Origin: Chrysomallon squamiferum | Taxonomy: Eukaryota > Animalia > Mollusca | DNA length: 64,000 nucleotides | NCBI GenBank assembly: GCA_012295275.1 | Contig: CM022670.1 | Location: 38,130,001 to 38,194,000, forward strand | Direction: 5' to 3' | Part shown: piece after piece, positions 1 to 14,400 of the stretch | Position numbering within the stretch: the stretch's first letter is position 1 | Layout of the letters: the number at the start of each line of letters is the position of its first letter | Translations under genes and position numbers: made by a program | Notes under the pieces: generated by a model | The model's database searches: none | Seen by the model: only the letters and a program-made list of their open reading frames with translations | Told to the model about the DNA's origin: nothing

Positions 1-564
1 CAGACTACGTCATGTACATGGCTGAAAAACCCTAACTGTAAACTGTAAGCAATCACTTTTCATCAATTTAACATCATTCTGAGTTCACACCAAATTAAAC
101 TCAACAGATAAAAGTCCCACATCTATAAAAACCATAAATATCTGAATTTGTCACTTGCAAAAGGTACAAACACATAAAAACTAAAAACGAACAAAGGTTG
201 TCTTATTGTGTACCACCAATTATTTTTAATAGCCATTTTACACAGACAGGTTCAGAGAACTTCTTTTCATGACCATGTAAAATGGTTAGGAAAGGGGGGA
301 AAAAAAGTGAATAAAAGCACAGGTTGTTGAGAAAACAACAACAACAGTAACAACAAAAGACTGTAAATGTAACAGTAATAAATTACTGCAAGAAATCTTC
401 TTAATGTTTTTCCAGACAATGTTAAAAATAAAATCTATTGAAATACTTCTACTTCAACCACAAACATCTGTAATAGCTGCAGTTACCTGGTTAAAACAAA
501 TAACTGTAAATTCTTGTTTACTTTACCTCCACTTTGCACTGATTGGATTCACACACAGACACTA

Positions 565-870
565 GAAAATGTAATGTTACCCATAAGCAATTGTTTTAAA
601 CAAACAAAAATAATTTTCAGACCAAACAAAACAAAAGAAAGAGAAGAATTAGGGGGGGTTTAAGACTAATTCAGTTCATGTAAAATGAAACACAACCCAT
701 AAGCAATTGTTTCAAATTAACAAAAATAATTTTCAGCCAGAAAAAAATAAAGCAGAAGGTTTGGTGGGGGTTTTAAGACTGATTTGGTTTGTGTAAAATG
801 TAACATAACCCATCAGCAATTATTTTAAACAAACACAGATAATTTTCAGATAAAAAAAAAAAGAACAGAA
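565..870. repeat. Diverged tandem triplication, unit about 115 bp
   Basis: CCCAT(A/C)AGCAATT...AATTTTCAG recurs at about 580, 697 and 810. Confidence 0.75.
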
Positions 871-2088
871 CAACAATTTTTGTGGTCATGCAACCAATTT
901 GGTTAAACCTAAATTATATAATGACGTGCAGTTATATTCACTTTATAGCTGATTGATATTAACAATAATTGTTCTTGTCGTTAATAACAATCTTACCTCT
1001 TCAAGTCTCAACTCTGCTAACATGTGAAAATTGTTATTAACGTTTCATTTAATATATCTAAGAAACTGGCTGATTGAGTTGTAGGTCCTGCTTGATTACA
1101 AAATATCATATTTAAAATTATGTAGCAATTACATCTTAAATAATAATTAATAGTTATATGCACTTTTTCATTACCTTGTAACACATATTGTGTCTGCCAA
1201 AATCCACAATGTGCATGTGAAGGATACACACACACAATATGGAAAGACATATTAGCAAAAACAAAAATAATAAAAATAAAAGAGTATCTGGATATGAATT
1301 CAATGAATTATTACTGAATATAAACATTGTAATAACATTTCAGCAACTTTATATACCAATTTATGTTATACACACTAGTACATAAATTAGAATATCTTAT
1401 TGAAAATATCCCGTTCATTATGCTTTTTTTAATGTTTTTGCCACTGTGCAATTATCCCCTTTTTTGCTGTTTGTTACTGATTTCTTTAATGTCAACCTAA
1501 GTCATGATGACCCAGCCTCAAATCGCAGAAATGAAATCAAGCAATAATTGTCCATTCAAGAAAAGACTTTAATGCAATCATTCCAGTTGTCTGGATTATT
1601 AAAAATGGTGTCATTACTGGAGAGGTTGTAAATAAAACAAGAAATGGCTTTCCACACAATTATCAATAATTCAGCTTAAAAACTCAAAAAGGGGAAGATT
1701 CCATTTTGTAAAGTCTGCAAGGTTATGTGATTAGTAATTCAAAAACAAATATATATATATATATATTAATGTTAATATTTATATATACTAGATGTATACA
1801 ATACAAATTATAATAGATAAAAAAAATATAAATTTTATAAACAGTATTAAAATGCAAACTCAGGCTGTATTAAAAATAAATTTAAGAAACTAAAAAATTA
1901 CAAAGGTTTAAAATGATAATTATTTACCAACCATGTAACGATAAGCCATAAATGTCAAAACCACTATAACATAAAAACACCATAAATTGCCTGGAAATCT
2001 TGAGAAAGAATTCACCCCCCACCACTTAAAGTAATAAAAAAAAAAAAAAAATCTATGATCATTGATTTAATGCATTATAAACACTTAC

Positions 2089-2466
2089 TGTTACAATTTC
2101 AAGCATCTCTTGCCTTGAAATGTATCCGTTCCCATCTAGATCGTACATACTGAAAGCCCACTTTAATTTCTGTTCGAGCTTTCCTCTCGAGGTGACACTA
2201 AGAGCACAGATAAATTCTCTAAAGTCAATGGTGCCATCACCGTTTGTGTCAAACGTACGAAACACATGCTCTGCGAACTTCGATGCATCGCCGTAAGGGA
2301 AAAAGTTTCCGTAAATTTTTTTGAACTCTTCAACAGAAAGGTGGCCACTGGGACAGTCCTTGAGGAAGCCCTTGTACCACTCCTGCAGCTCCTCCTCGTT
2401 GAACTGGGTGTTGGCCCGCAGGTCCTCTAGCATCTCGGGCTTCAGCTTGCTGCCACCCTTCCCCAT
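2089..2466 (-). CDS. Nca: Neurocalcin homolog (hippocalcin/VILIP-like neuronal calcium sensor), first coding exon, codons 1-126; remaining 3' exon(s) not found in the window
   Basis: Translation [17 protein letters not shown]...[56 protein letters not shown]...[24 protein letters not shown] is the neurocalcin family sequence. It has an N-myristoylation motif (MGxxxSK), a disabled EF1 (CPSG), and canonical EF2 ([12 protein letters not shown]) and EF3 ([12 protein letters not shown]). The exon ends at a phase-0 donor ACA|GTAAGT (GT at 2088-2087), giving 378 coding nt; the ORF-track tail VSVYNALNQ is intron read-through. An in-frame TGA upstream within the exon fixes the ATG at 2466. Confidence 0.96.
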
Positions 2467-2489
2467 CTCACATGGATGTCTTGCTCAAT
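2467..2489 (-). other. Nca: 5'UTR part of the neurocalcin first coding exon, downstream of a splice acceptor
   Basis: Minus strand reads TGTGTGTTTTCTCTTTCAG|ATTGAGCAAGACATCCATGTGAG-ATG: a polypyrimidine tract plus CAG at 2492-2490. This implies one or more non-coding exons further upstream (higher coordinates). Confidence 0.85.
2468..2473 (-). promoter_or_regulatory. Minimal upstream ORF (AUG-UGA start-stop element) 1 nt before the main start codon
   Basis: Minus strand TCC-ATG-TGA-G-ATG-GGG. The uAUG is in a weak context (T at -3, T at +4); the main AUG is in a strong context (G at -3, G at +4). Confidence 0.6.
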
Positions 2490-3038
2490 CTGAAAGAGAA
2501 AACACACAGTGGTCTGTAATGGTTATCAGTGTAACACTGCCGATAAGACATGAATGTGACCTCATAGAAAGTCTTACACCCACACTGAATGACATGTCTG
2601 AAACAAAGCAGATCATTCAATAAATCTCAGAGCAGACACACAGGTGGCTTCGTGTTTGCTTTATATTATCTAAGAAACAAAAAAACAATAATGTGTATCT
2701 CATTTTATCTCAAACAGGGCAAAATAACTTATAAATAGTTCTGAATATGATGAAATGTGGTACTGTCTTAACTGTAGCAAACCAATAATACATCTCAGCA
2801 GAGGCTAAACACAGAGGTAATGGTAGTAAGAATAATAATGCACACATACACAGAATACCAGTTCTTTGAAACTGATCTTTCCAGTGAGGTAGGGTATCAC
2901 TTACATGTGCTCCATGAAGCACATGAAGCTCCAGTATTATCATTTTAATGCTGTCCTTCTGCTACAGAAAAAGATTCATTTATTTTTGTAACTGTTGAGG
3001 TTTACCATCTGTTACAAGCACATTAGGAAAATGTAGAC

Positions 3039-3081
<43 letters not shown>

Positions 3082-3980
3082 CACTCCTGTGGTATAGGAA
3101 CAGATTTGGAAGAAAACTTTCACCTTGACACTTTGCTGTATTTTGATGTAGACACTCAGTCCAATCCAGTTAAACATTTGATTAAACTGATGTGATAATC
3201 CACTCCTACAAGTATCAATGTACAAACATATTGTTTTACTTTATAGGTAATGTCTTTGTGTGTGTATGTGTATATATATTTTTATATATATATAAGACTG
3301 ATTTTTTTAAAGCAATATTCAGTCAATTACATATCTGTGTATTTTTTGTACTGACAATAGAATAGATACCAGCAGTTGTAGTAGGTGAAGTTTTTGCTGT
3401 TATCTGTGTCTGTGTCCATCTCACACACACTACCCTCGGAATTAAAAAGTTATGCCAGACAAACATTTGCATTAATAAAGCTGTTTCTAACCAACAAAAA
3501 AAAGTAAATTAAGTCTAGGACAACACAATGATACGGAGAAGCAGACAGAAGACGACAGACATCTAATAAGTAAACTTGTTTGTGTGTAGTGTGCTGTAAA
3601 ACAAGATTACACACATTCCAGTCTAACTCGTCTTCTGCTGCAATATTCATAATCAATACACAACACTCCCGATCTTAATTATACAAAGCGAATTAAACTG
3701 CCTGCTATGACATCATATCTGTAAACATAATCCACTGCTAATGTACTGTTATTGGTATTAGTGCACTGGACTATGACAGAACTGTAAATGAAGCGTAAAA
3801 CAATTCTTACAGCATACAGGTAAACTAAGCTAACCCAAACTAATGTCTAAACAAAAATAATAAATGGGGGTGTGGGAAAGAGACAAGTTTTACAAAAGAT
3901 CAGCTATACCCCCAAAGTCATGAATATCAGTATTGGTAAATGGTTATTATATTAATAAAAATAATAATAATAATAATTAA

Positions 3981-4015
<35 letters not shown>

Positions 4016-5328
4016 TTAATTATTATATAATATTATATAAATAAGAGCTGAAAACAGGTTGTATTACATATTTTAAATTATAGGAAAACAATAAAAATTT
4101 AATAATCAACAGAACAAATGTGGTTTGATACACGTGTGTTTAAAAGAATTTCTTTTATTTGGTTACAAAGAAATAAAATACCATTATTAGCTTTAATGAC
4201 TAAATCGATGACACTGTATACGAAGCTGAAAATGTACAGTACAATGAAGCTGTAAAACAATATCTGCAAGTTAGGAGAAATCTAACACGTCAAATGTCTC
4301 TCTGTCACATGACAATCAATGATGTTTGATAAAAGCATTGTCTTAACCACTCTTCAACTTGATCAAAAAAATAGAATAAAATAATAAAAAAATAATACAT
4401 AAAAAAAAAGTAATAATAATAATAACAACAACAATGAAACGGTAATAATAATAAACTGAATAACAATTATTATAAATAATTTAGTTTATTAAATGAACAA
4501 AAAGAAAAACTAGGTTTATGTTAATACATTTTTAATTAATATGTATGGATAGGGAATGTAGTCAGATAAATGACGATGCTTTGTTCTTGTGAATATGATC
4601 AATTAACTACTCATGCTTTTCTTCATAACAAAATGAAGGCTAGTATCAATAAACCTGAAACATAAATGTGAAAACTAAAACTCTATTTGTTCTCAGTCTA
4701 CTACTCATTAATATGAATATCACTGGCAAACATACAGAAATATGAATGTGTATCCACATTAAGTGATTAACTGTCTACTTTTTAAGTTTCACAACATGAG
4801 TATTAGTATTACAGATATTTTGCTAAAATCAAGCCTTAAAAAGTATTATGATTCACTTCCAAGCTTACCAGTCAGTATTCAAATTTCCCAGCCATCCAAT
4901 ACTCCTATAATAAATATCTTATAAATAATATAGTAATAAATTCTGAAATGTCAAAAAAGTATTAATAATAATAATTAAAATATATGAAACACTATAACAA
5001 CAATTTATTAACTCGTTATCATCAACAAAAACAAATATGTAACAGTGCTTACCACAACCAGATAAAATATTGAAACTATGCCAGTAAGCTATTGTTTCAT
5101 TTGAGGTGATCAGTATAATAAATAGACAGAGAGAAATTAATACACCCTCTTCAGTTTTCTCATCACTAATCACAGGAAGAATTATGATGTCGTTATAATA
5201 ATAATACTAATAATAATAGAGAAAAGCCTCACCATTTACTCCTAATTTGTATCTATACGTTAACCCTAAAGATTAGTTATATACATGTTTTCCTGTAACT
5301 ATGTAACTGTCAAACTCGTCGAACTTAC

Positions 5329-5640
5329 TTGTTCACTCGTAAATAGGTGATATGCGGTTTTAGGTAAGAGAGTTTTACTCTAACTGACGGCACCCTACGC
5401 TTTAGAATGTCCTTGTTTTGCCACCTGTTCCTGGTAAATATGTAATATACCTGACGGAAAATGAAAATTATCAATAGTATGTACCTTAAAATAAGCGGTC
5501 CCGAAGAAATGATGTTAGAGCTGAACAATATGTCACTATCTTGATTCTGTGACAACAAACAGCACTTCGTGTTACCGCCAAGTCCACTGAGTCCCAACGT
5601 GAGTTAATCAATACTGTTCAGCGGAAATTTTTATGGTAAC
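5329..5640 (-). promoter_or_regulatory. Candidate proximal promoter / alternative non-coding first exon of neurocalcin
   Basis: CpG-enriched island in a CpG-poor background, ending in donor GAACAA|GTAAGT (exon end 5329). A second possible donor CAG|GTATAT lies near 5450. It is about 2.8 kb upstream of the acceptor at 2489. Confidence 0.42.
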
Positions 5641-5954
5641 TATCCAAGAAGCTAGAGATATCCTAACAACACATTCTGATTCAATATACATCGTCACGAT
5701 TGTGTTTGTGTGTGTCTATATATATATATATATAATTTTCACCAAGTTTACACGTAAGCATAATTGAAATCGACAGCATATCTTTTATGCAGTTTAAGAT
5801 TTTATATTCTAACAAATACCAATGGAAATGCAAGTTATATCTAATGTTTTTACACGATTTCATTTTTTTTTTTTTGCGAATAATAAACTATGCGATTATA
5901 TAATAAGCAACGTATATAAGACCACTTATATTATAACAGGGTGGACATATTTTA

Positions 5955-5989
<35 letters not shown>

Positions 5990-7085
5990 AACTGGAGCAT
6001 ATGTATTTCTAAATCAAACAAGGAAGGATGTGGTTACATATTTATAGAAACTAATGTCTCTGTAACTGTTACCAATCCTGTTTTTCTTTTCTATTTCCTC
6101 ATCTTTTTATAGTTTATTTTTCATTATTATTTATTAAAGGAAACATAATAATTAAACTAAAACAGGATCGATGATATAATGAACAAAGATAAAAAAAAAA
6201 AAAAATTAAAAAAATATATTAATTTCACATAGAAACAGTTTCATTTATTCATTATTACTACTAATAATAATGTAATATCATTCATGAAAACACCATACAT
6301 AAACACCCTAATTTTTTTTTTTTTTTTTTCTATGCTGTTAACCTCATTATTACTGGAATAATGCCAAATACAGCAGCTTAAGTTTTATTCTGATTTTGTA
6401 ATCATCCATTACGTTGTTTGTTAAACAGTTAATGAGGATGTAAAACAGGTAATTATGGTTGTGACAACTGTGGTTCTTTTTTTTCTTTTTTTTCTTTTCT
6501 TTTTGTTCATCATATGCTTCTTCTTTCACGTGAAATGAAAGTTATGGTTAATATATGTAACTGAATCACCCCAGAGTGTGGGAAGTGACATCAATCATTT
6601 TCTGATGGCTAACAGAAACCAGAATGACAAACTATTTTAAGAGACAGTGCTTTGACAGTTTTATAGAATAGTGTCACAGCATGAAGTCACAGGTTTAAAA
6701 GGACTTACATAGTAAAAAAAAAAAAAAAAAAAAAATTCACAAAAATTAAATGTTTTTTATAAGACAGTGCCCACCAAAAATAACTTGTTTTACATTAAAA
6801 CTGATATAGGCATAATATAAATATATATTTTTTTTTTGTACAATATATCTTAAAAGAAGTCTTAAAAAAATATATATTAAGTTTTGAAATTCTTTTGTAG
6901 ATGTTAATATTTGTATTATAACTTTTTTAATGTATATCTTGTGTTCACAGGTAATTTTAAAGGCAGATTAACCACTAATTTTATATAACTGCATGTTAAT
7001 GCAAACAATTTAGAAAATTCATCCCTTGAGGATGACACCATTAAAAAAAAAAAAAATGGCATATAAATACAGAGGAAAAAACATA

Positions 7086-7140
<55 letters not shown>

Positions 7141-7679
7141 CTCTCTCTGTGTCTGTGTGTCTGTGTGTGCTACAGATAAATAGATAGTTAGTGAGACATG
7201 GAAGTGATATTTTTTTTGTCATCATGTAATTATTGGAGAAAGAAATGTCTTAACTAAACTGAGCAAATCAAATCAGGTTAAATACACTTGTACTTCAGTA
7301 AATTTCGCCACCTAGTATTTTGCGTCCAAAGATATCTCGTTTTCTTAAACTCTATTGAACGTTTTCCAAATATTATCAGAAATCTGGCATGATCTGGTGT
7401 TACTTTTTTCTCAAAGAGATTTGTTTCCTGGTAAAAGAATCAGAAGATTTATTGATTCTTGCCTTTTCTTGTCTGATGGCCTCCTGCCATATTAATATTT
7501 GATCTGTCCACTCTTGTCTTGAAATCACAGCTACGTCAAGATTTGTCCTCGGCACCAAAGCCAAAATAAATATAATTCCAACAAATAGGGTTTTTGAAGC
7601 TAAGCTTGTAGAGCAGAAACTACAAAGGCAAATATTCAGTCATTTATGTTGTAAGAGCAGTTGGATGTAGACCCCAGAA

Positions 7680-7895
7680 CATACATTATATGTTTTTGTT
7701 GTGAATTAAAAAAGAAAAAATATATATAAACTGCAAATTTGTAACTTTCAAATATATACTAGAAATGTGTCGAGAATAAAGAACCATGTTACATAATATT
7801 CTGATATGTTTTTATAGTGAATTAAAAAGAAAATATATTAACTGTAAATTTGTAATTTTCAGATATATACTAGAAATGTGTAGAAAATAAAGATC
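7680..7895. repeat. Tandem duplication, unit about 110-120 bp
   Basis: GTGAATTAAAAAGAAAA...AAATTTGTAA.TTTCA.ATATATACTAGAAATGTGT is present twice. Confidence 0.75.
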
Positions 7896-10463
7896 TAAGT
7901 GCACATACATTCTGATTCATCTGTCTTGAGCATAAGCTGATATTCTGATAAATGCATGAAATAGGAATGGATAGGTTGTGTCTATATATAGATAGACATG
8001 TTTGTGTGTATATGTGTCAACCATCAACATGATAAATATATATATGTCTTCTTTCTTTCTTTCTGTCTGTCAGTCTGTCAGTATAGTCCAGACTATGAAT
8101 AAGAAGATCTAGTTGTAGAAAATTAATAGGTCTATCAAGCTCAATTCAGATGAAAGCTAAAGTTAAAAAATCACTTAATTTGTGATCCACTTCAGCGATC
8201 TGGATGAAAAGAGTATCATTACTGAATGAAAGAAGACTAAATATTAATCTTAATAGATCTCCAAGCATCGGAGGATGAAATAATTCTCTGATAGATGGAA
8301 AAAAATGGCAAAGCTGAATTTAATGTGTGAACTTCTCTCATCATAAAGAGAATGTTTTTTTTTACAGTAAACAGATAAAATCAATAAACATCAATAGCAG
8401 TCTTAGTTCAATAAGTGTACAAGAAAAGTCGGTTACACATAAGGAAAAGGGGAAAAAAAAACAACTAAAATTAAAAAAATAATATATCTTTACTGAATAG
8501 ACTTAATGGCTGCAGATTTTAATTCACGTGAAGCTATGGTGATGTTGTTTAACTGTAGATTCCTCTTTTGTCATTTCTAAATTACAAGAGGAAGACATTA
8601 AAAGTTTAATTACTGGAGCTTTGTGGGTAAAGGTAAATTTCTTTAACCAGATGTATTAACCATGTTGTGAATGAAAAATTTCTTTAAAGTCACCCCAGCA
8701 TATTTTATTAATATTAAATGTTGATGGGTTTCTGTGGACTATGCTTAATCATGAAATGGAAGATGAAAGCTGCTACTTACAGTCTGTTCTGATCAACAAA
8801 CAACAAGGAATTTTATTATGATCCTTCTTAGAGAAATTAAATGGTAGAGCACAGTGTGTTGCAAATGGAAGTAAATCCCTTGGAAGCATTTAAAAGAACT
8901 GACACTGAGAATGTCCTTAACTTAGGCCAGTGCTGTACTAAGAATGGTAAAACCTGAAGATGTGTAAATATGCTTATCCATGGTATAAAATTTACTGTTA
9001 ATAATGATTTTGTGATTCAGTAACTTTTAAACTGTTTTTCACTCTCTCTTTCGGTGCCTGTACAGTATATAAACACATTGTGACCTCAAATAAACATAAA
9101 ATAAATACAAATTTACACAGGGTAATTTAAGACATCAAAATAAACATAACTATTCCTATTACAAAGTAAAATGTTTTGTCCTTTATATTTTCTTAATAAT
9201 CTGAAACATATACATGTGTGCATCAATATAATGTCTGTCTGTGTGTGTGTGAAAGTAGATATTTCAGCAAAACCTAAATGACTTAACCAGACTATTTACG
9301 TGAATTATTATTATAGTAATTTATTAAGTAATTAATAATGAAAAAAAAAAAAATGTACAAGATGCACATTCATGGCCTTTCCATTGCACTTTGACATTTC
9401 AGTCATATTATCTCGGAAACATTGTTTTTCTAAGCAAAGGAAATTAATTTATTTTGAATGAGCTACTTTTTTTTTTAATATTCTCTTGTAAAGTGCAGCA
9501 ACAGCAAAATACTCTCTGCTCCATATATTATGACCTTATGAGGGGTATTTTCTTCTTCTTTATTGTCTATTTATTTTATTTTATTTTATTTTATTTTTTT
9601 TTTTTTTTTTTAGTTTAGTTTAGTTTAGTTTGATTTTCTTTCATTTTAGTTTATTTTATTTATTGTTTATTATTTATCTATATTTTAATATTATTATATT
9701 TATTCATTATGCTACATTATAAGATTAAATATTTTTAAAAAACCATTTCCCATGTTATCAAGGGTTTTATGAAATACAGAGTTTCCATCATTACTGTGAA
9801 TATGGTTATACTTTCCAAGATGAAATAACGTTTATTACAGTTATGGGAAAAAACAAAAAACACTGGCTGGCAATAAATAAGAGATACAGTCTAGTCCATC
9901 CCAAAATACATGTATGCTTCAACCTTATCAATTAATATAAAATTTATATTTATTAACTGATTCTCCATATATATTTAAACAGATTATTCTCATTCTTTTT
10001 ATTTTATTTCATTTTCACATGCAATTACAACCACAGTGCAAAATGCTGTCGTTTATCTTTTCTGAAACTTGAGGATTGCTTTTGTCTGTCAGATACAATT
10101 AGTGGTTTTCCTCCTGAATCACTGCTTATCTTGTTTAAAAAAGAAAGAAAAAAAATAGTCCACAGTACAGGAATTTCATGTGAAGATATTGCCCATGTAA
10201 CGTGATGATGTTATTGACTGTCCATGATGATGGATGATAAGGGGGAGTTAACACATAAAAGGATGTTGTTTTATACCCTTCAACAAATAAACTGTAAGTG
10301 GTGTTGAAAGTAAAAAGGGAAATGGAAAATCAAGGCTATAGTATAGATCTGATAGGAATGACTAATGTTATTGTTACAAAAACCCAAATATAAACTTTTG
10401 ATTGCATTTTTCTGTCAGATTAATATCATCATAAATTATTATTATTATTCCTATTATTATTCC

Positions 10464-10497
<34 letters not shown>

Positions 10498-10671
10498 GTT
10501 GTTGTTGTTTGTTGTTGTTTCCATCAATATTTTCTTTATTTTAATAAAATAACCATAAACTCTGACGATCATATCATATCATCATCATTATCATTATTAT
10601 TATAATCATCATCATCATTATTATTATCAATTAAAAAAACAAAAAAAAAATCCAACAACATAAATGCCTAC

Positions 10672-11150
10672 CAGTGGACACGCACCAACAGGACCTGCAA
10701 TATCGATGTTGAAAATTCTCCCGAGTTTTACACCGAATCCATGAAGTTAAAAACTGATCGGAATCTGTGAGTTATTGTCTCCTGACAATCTGGGGAAACA
10801 CAGCAATGCCTGTACAGAGCTGTGTAATCCCTGTTTATACATTCCTCATCAGACGTATCTAATGTTGACTGGTATCTAGGTGAACTGCGGGATATCTGTG
10901 TATTGATGTAATCTCTGAATGCTCACCAGCACAGTTAATTAGCGGAGACTGTATATGTTGTTGTAGCCGTACTAGCTGCTTGGCAGCTGACGATGGCGTA
11001 CCTACTGTCAAGATGTTGCCTTTCTTGCATGTATTGATCTATCCTAGCTGAGACCTAGTCCTCCACAGCAGATTCGACTAGCATATGGCAAACCCATTCA
11101 CAGTTTTCTTGTTTGTAGTATTATGGTATACGAAAAACCGGGAGCCAAAC
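10672..11150 (-). other. Candidate alternative 5' non-coding exon / regulatory island
   Basis: GC- and CpG-richer unique block flanked by AT-rich repeats. It ends in a possible donor CACTG|GTAGGC (exon end 10672) and has no long ORF. Confidence 0.27.
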
Positions 11151-11436
11151 AGGAATCATAGAGCAAAGCAATTATTTAATCTTCTTCATCTTCAGAAAAT
11201 CTTGAATTACTGCTGGTGTAATTTGTTTAAAAGCTGTGGCATGTAAATGAAATATTATATTGGGAGAGAAAGAAAATATGAAGGAATGGCAGTCCTCTGA
11301 GACCTTCTAAACAGTTATGAAATTACGAAGCAATGGAGGACAAGAGAATAGAGTAACAATTAAGAGAATAAAATTATTAGAAATGTTTAATGTTTTTACA
11401 CCAATTCATAAATAATAATAGCATGTGTGTGGCAAG

Positions 11437-11497
<61 letters not shown>

Positions 11498-14400
11498 CCG
11501 CGCATGCATGTGGGATATGCAGTGAAGATATGAACTAGAAAACAATTCAGCAACAATAATTAAAATAATCAAATTATTTTTTAATATTAATTCTAATGTG
11601 TTTTGTCTAAAATATAGATAGATAGATAGATAGATATAATTCAGTGCAACACATATTTCATGATATTCTATTATTAAGTGTTAACAAACACAGTAAATTA
11701 TCTGAAGAAAACCCCCACCAAAACAATAAAACAATTCATATCAATGATTAAAGACCACACAACCTTTTCTCATTATGCTCTTTAAGCCTTGACACATAAC
11801 AATCATTTACAACAAAAGGATATTACACTAGATCATATCCTCTAACTACGTAATTCAATATCTATACATTTTCAAATTGTTGGTTTCTCCGTTTACCATC
11901 ACTTGAAACGCGAGCAAAACGACACTAACCACAGCCTCCAATGACACAGAGCATTAATATGTTTCTGCAAGGACATCTATAATTCATGAACAATACTATA
12001 TTACCATACCAAATCAGCATGATGGTTTATATATCTTATTTATGTTAAGAACACAACAGCGTGGTTATTCATGTTTTAATTTAAGTTTGGCACACCACTG
12101 TCGTTGCTGCAACTGTTTGAATTATACAAATACCCGTGTTTGTTCTGTCTGTAGTTGTTTTCGCAGTATATCATTATACTGCAGTAATTCGAGCTGAAAT
12201 TTCAGTTGGATTACAAAGAAAAGAAATAACACATTCAGAGAATCGTTCGATCAGTATTCGCTGATATCGGTAAATCAAAAAACACTGATGTAAATAAGTG
12301 TCTGTAGAATTGTCAGAGTTCAGTAGATTTTAGGTTATCCCATTTCTTTTGCACCTTGTAGATTAAATGCCTTGTTAAGGGTGTGTTTTTAGGGTACAAT
12401 TTGTTCTAGGAAAAATTAACAGTTGATTGAGTTTCTTTGGATACAACTTGGTATGTTTTTGGGGTACAATGTGTTCTAGGAAAAATAACAGCTGATTGTC
12501 TTTGGATACAACTTGTACTATGAAAACCCCTTTTAGAATATGTTTATGGACACAGTTTGTACTAGTAACCTATACATTTTTTTTTAGTGCATATTTTTGG
12601 ATACAGTTTTGTACCTAGTAAATTAACTGTTTAGTTAGTGAATGAATGACTCTGGATACAACTTGTACCTCTAGTCTGGCTGTTTACTGCTGGTTTTTCA
12701 CTTTAGTTTATAACAGTAAATTAGCAATTTAATGTGTGTTTTCCTAGAACTGAGAACAGGATGTCATCTGCTGACAAGAAAAGCCAAAGTGACAAAACCA
12801 GGTTTCTGTGGAACTATTCACCTCTTTCCCATACAAGTGATCATGTTTGCCAGACTGTGATCAGTGGCAGTTTGAACTCTGCATAACAGCATAATTGTTT
12901 TTATTCAAATATTCCAAAAGTACTGTTTTTGTACACACAAGGAGGGTCGTGTCCATGCATATTTTAAACTCCAGGGTTTCCTGTTAATAAACTTTATTTC
13001 AGAAATCATGGATCCACCATTTGCATGATGTGACACTGTGAAATGGTCTATTCCAGAAAAAGATTTGCAGAATTGATATTTACAAAGAACTATTGCTAAT
13101 TAACATCAAGATAAATGTGTTAGAATTATACTGGTATTTACTCTTTTTTTTAAAAAAATGAAATAGTTTTTTATTTTTTTACTATTTCTCTTTTCTTTCT
13201 TTTTTTTTTTTTTTCCTTTCTTTATTCTTTTTTCTTTTTTTTTTTTTTTTTTTAAGATATCTAGACTTAAAAAAAATAAAATAAAATTAACTGGTGAATG
13301 TATCAACAAAATATTCTCCACTACACTATGGGTTAACAATGAAATTATATACAAGTTTAACAGAAATGGAAAATATTTGAATGATCTTAACACTAAGTCT
13401 GTTCTCAAACAGGAAACATTATCTCAAAGGATTAAACCAGGCATTATAAATACACTGGAATATATAAGTATGACAATTTATTACATTATTTTTTCATTTT
13501 TACATCTCCATAAAAAAAACCTACAAAAAGAAAACAAACATAAAAAAATTATGAAAGATAAAGTTGCAAACAGAAAAACAACAACTCCAAAACATAAAAT
13601 CCAAAATCCCCCAAAAAAATCTGCTCGTGTTAAACTTAAATATTTTACAGTCATTTATTGATTTTTAATACGCTAAACAAACTAGGACAAAATATTAGGT
13701 TACTGATATTATCTGAAAACAATACTTCACAGATTTAATGTGTAAATGTGCAAAGTGAACATAAATGAAAATAAAATCTTGTTTTAAGGTTCGACTGAGT
13801 ATAGAAAGATATGGTTAATCACATTTGTAACTTCATGTTGCTGAATATTATTCACTTAAGCTATATGTATACAATGCAGAAATAATGAGAGCTAAATAAA
13901 AATCAAATAATGTGTTTATAATTTTTTTATCTTGATTTATATTTGGTGCATCTATCATTTCTGTTCTTCTTTAATTTAAAAACATTATCTAATTAACATA
14001 CCTCAGTGATACTTCAGCACATATTTAGTAGAAATAATGTGAAAATAAAACATCAGATACTGTACATAGAGTCTTTGTCTTACTTCTATGACTTGTGTTG
14101 GATATTCTTGTGACATCCATGAATCTATTCCACAGTTTAAACACATTTAGCTGTACATAAAGTTCTTAGGATTTTTCTGTCATCACTTGTGTAATGAGTA
14201 CTATGAATTTTCGTCCTTACTTGAAATAAGACAAAAATAATTTAAAACCAAAATAACAAATACTGTACTGTGTGTTTTTCTGTCTTGTATTACATGTGAT
14301 GTGAATCTTAGCCATATTTTGGCTAATACGACAAAAAATAGTTTAAAACCAAAATATCAAATACCGTTCCATCCTGTCTTGTATAATGTGTTGTATGAAT

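Noticed and set aside
1-2088. Search for the neurocalcin 3' exons (AIYKMVG...)
   Set aside because: No matching sequence found; treated as intron, with the exons probably beyond the left edge rather than as evidence of pseudogenisation.
2321-2623. + strand 100-aa ORF, and the 61-aa alternative-frame ORF 2163-2348
   Set aside because: Antisense or frame shadows of the neurocalcin exon.
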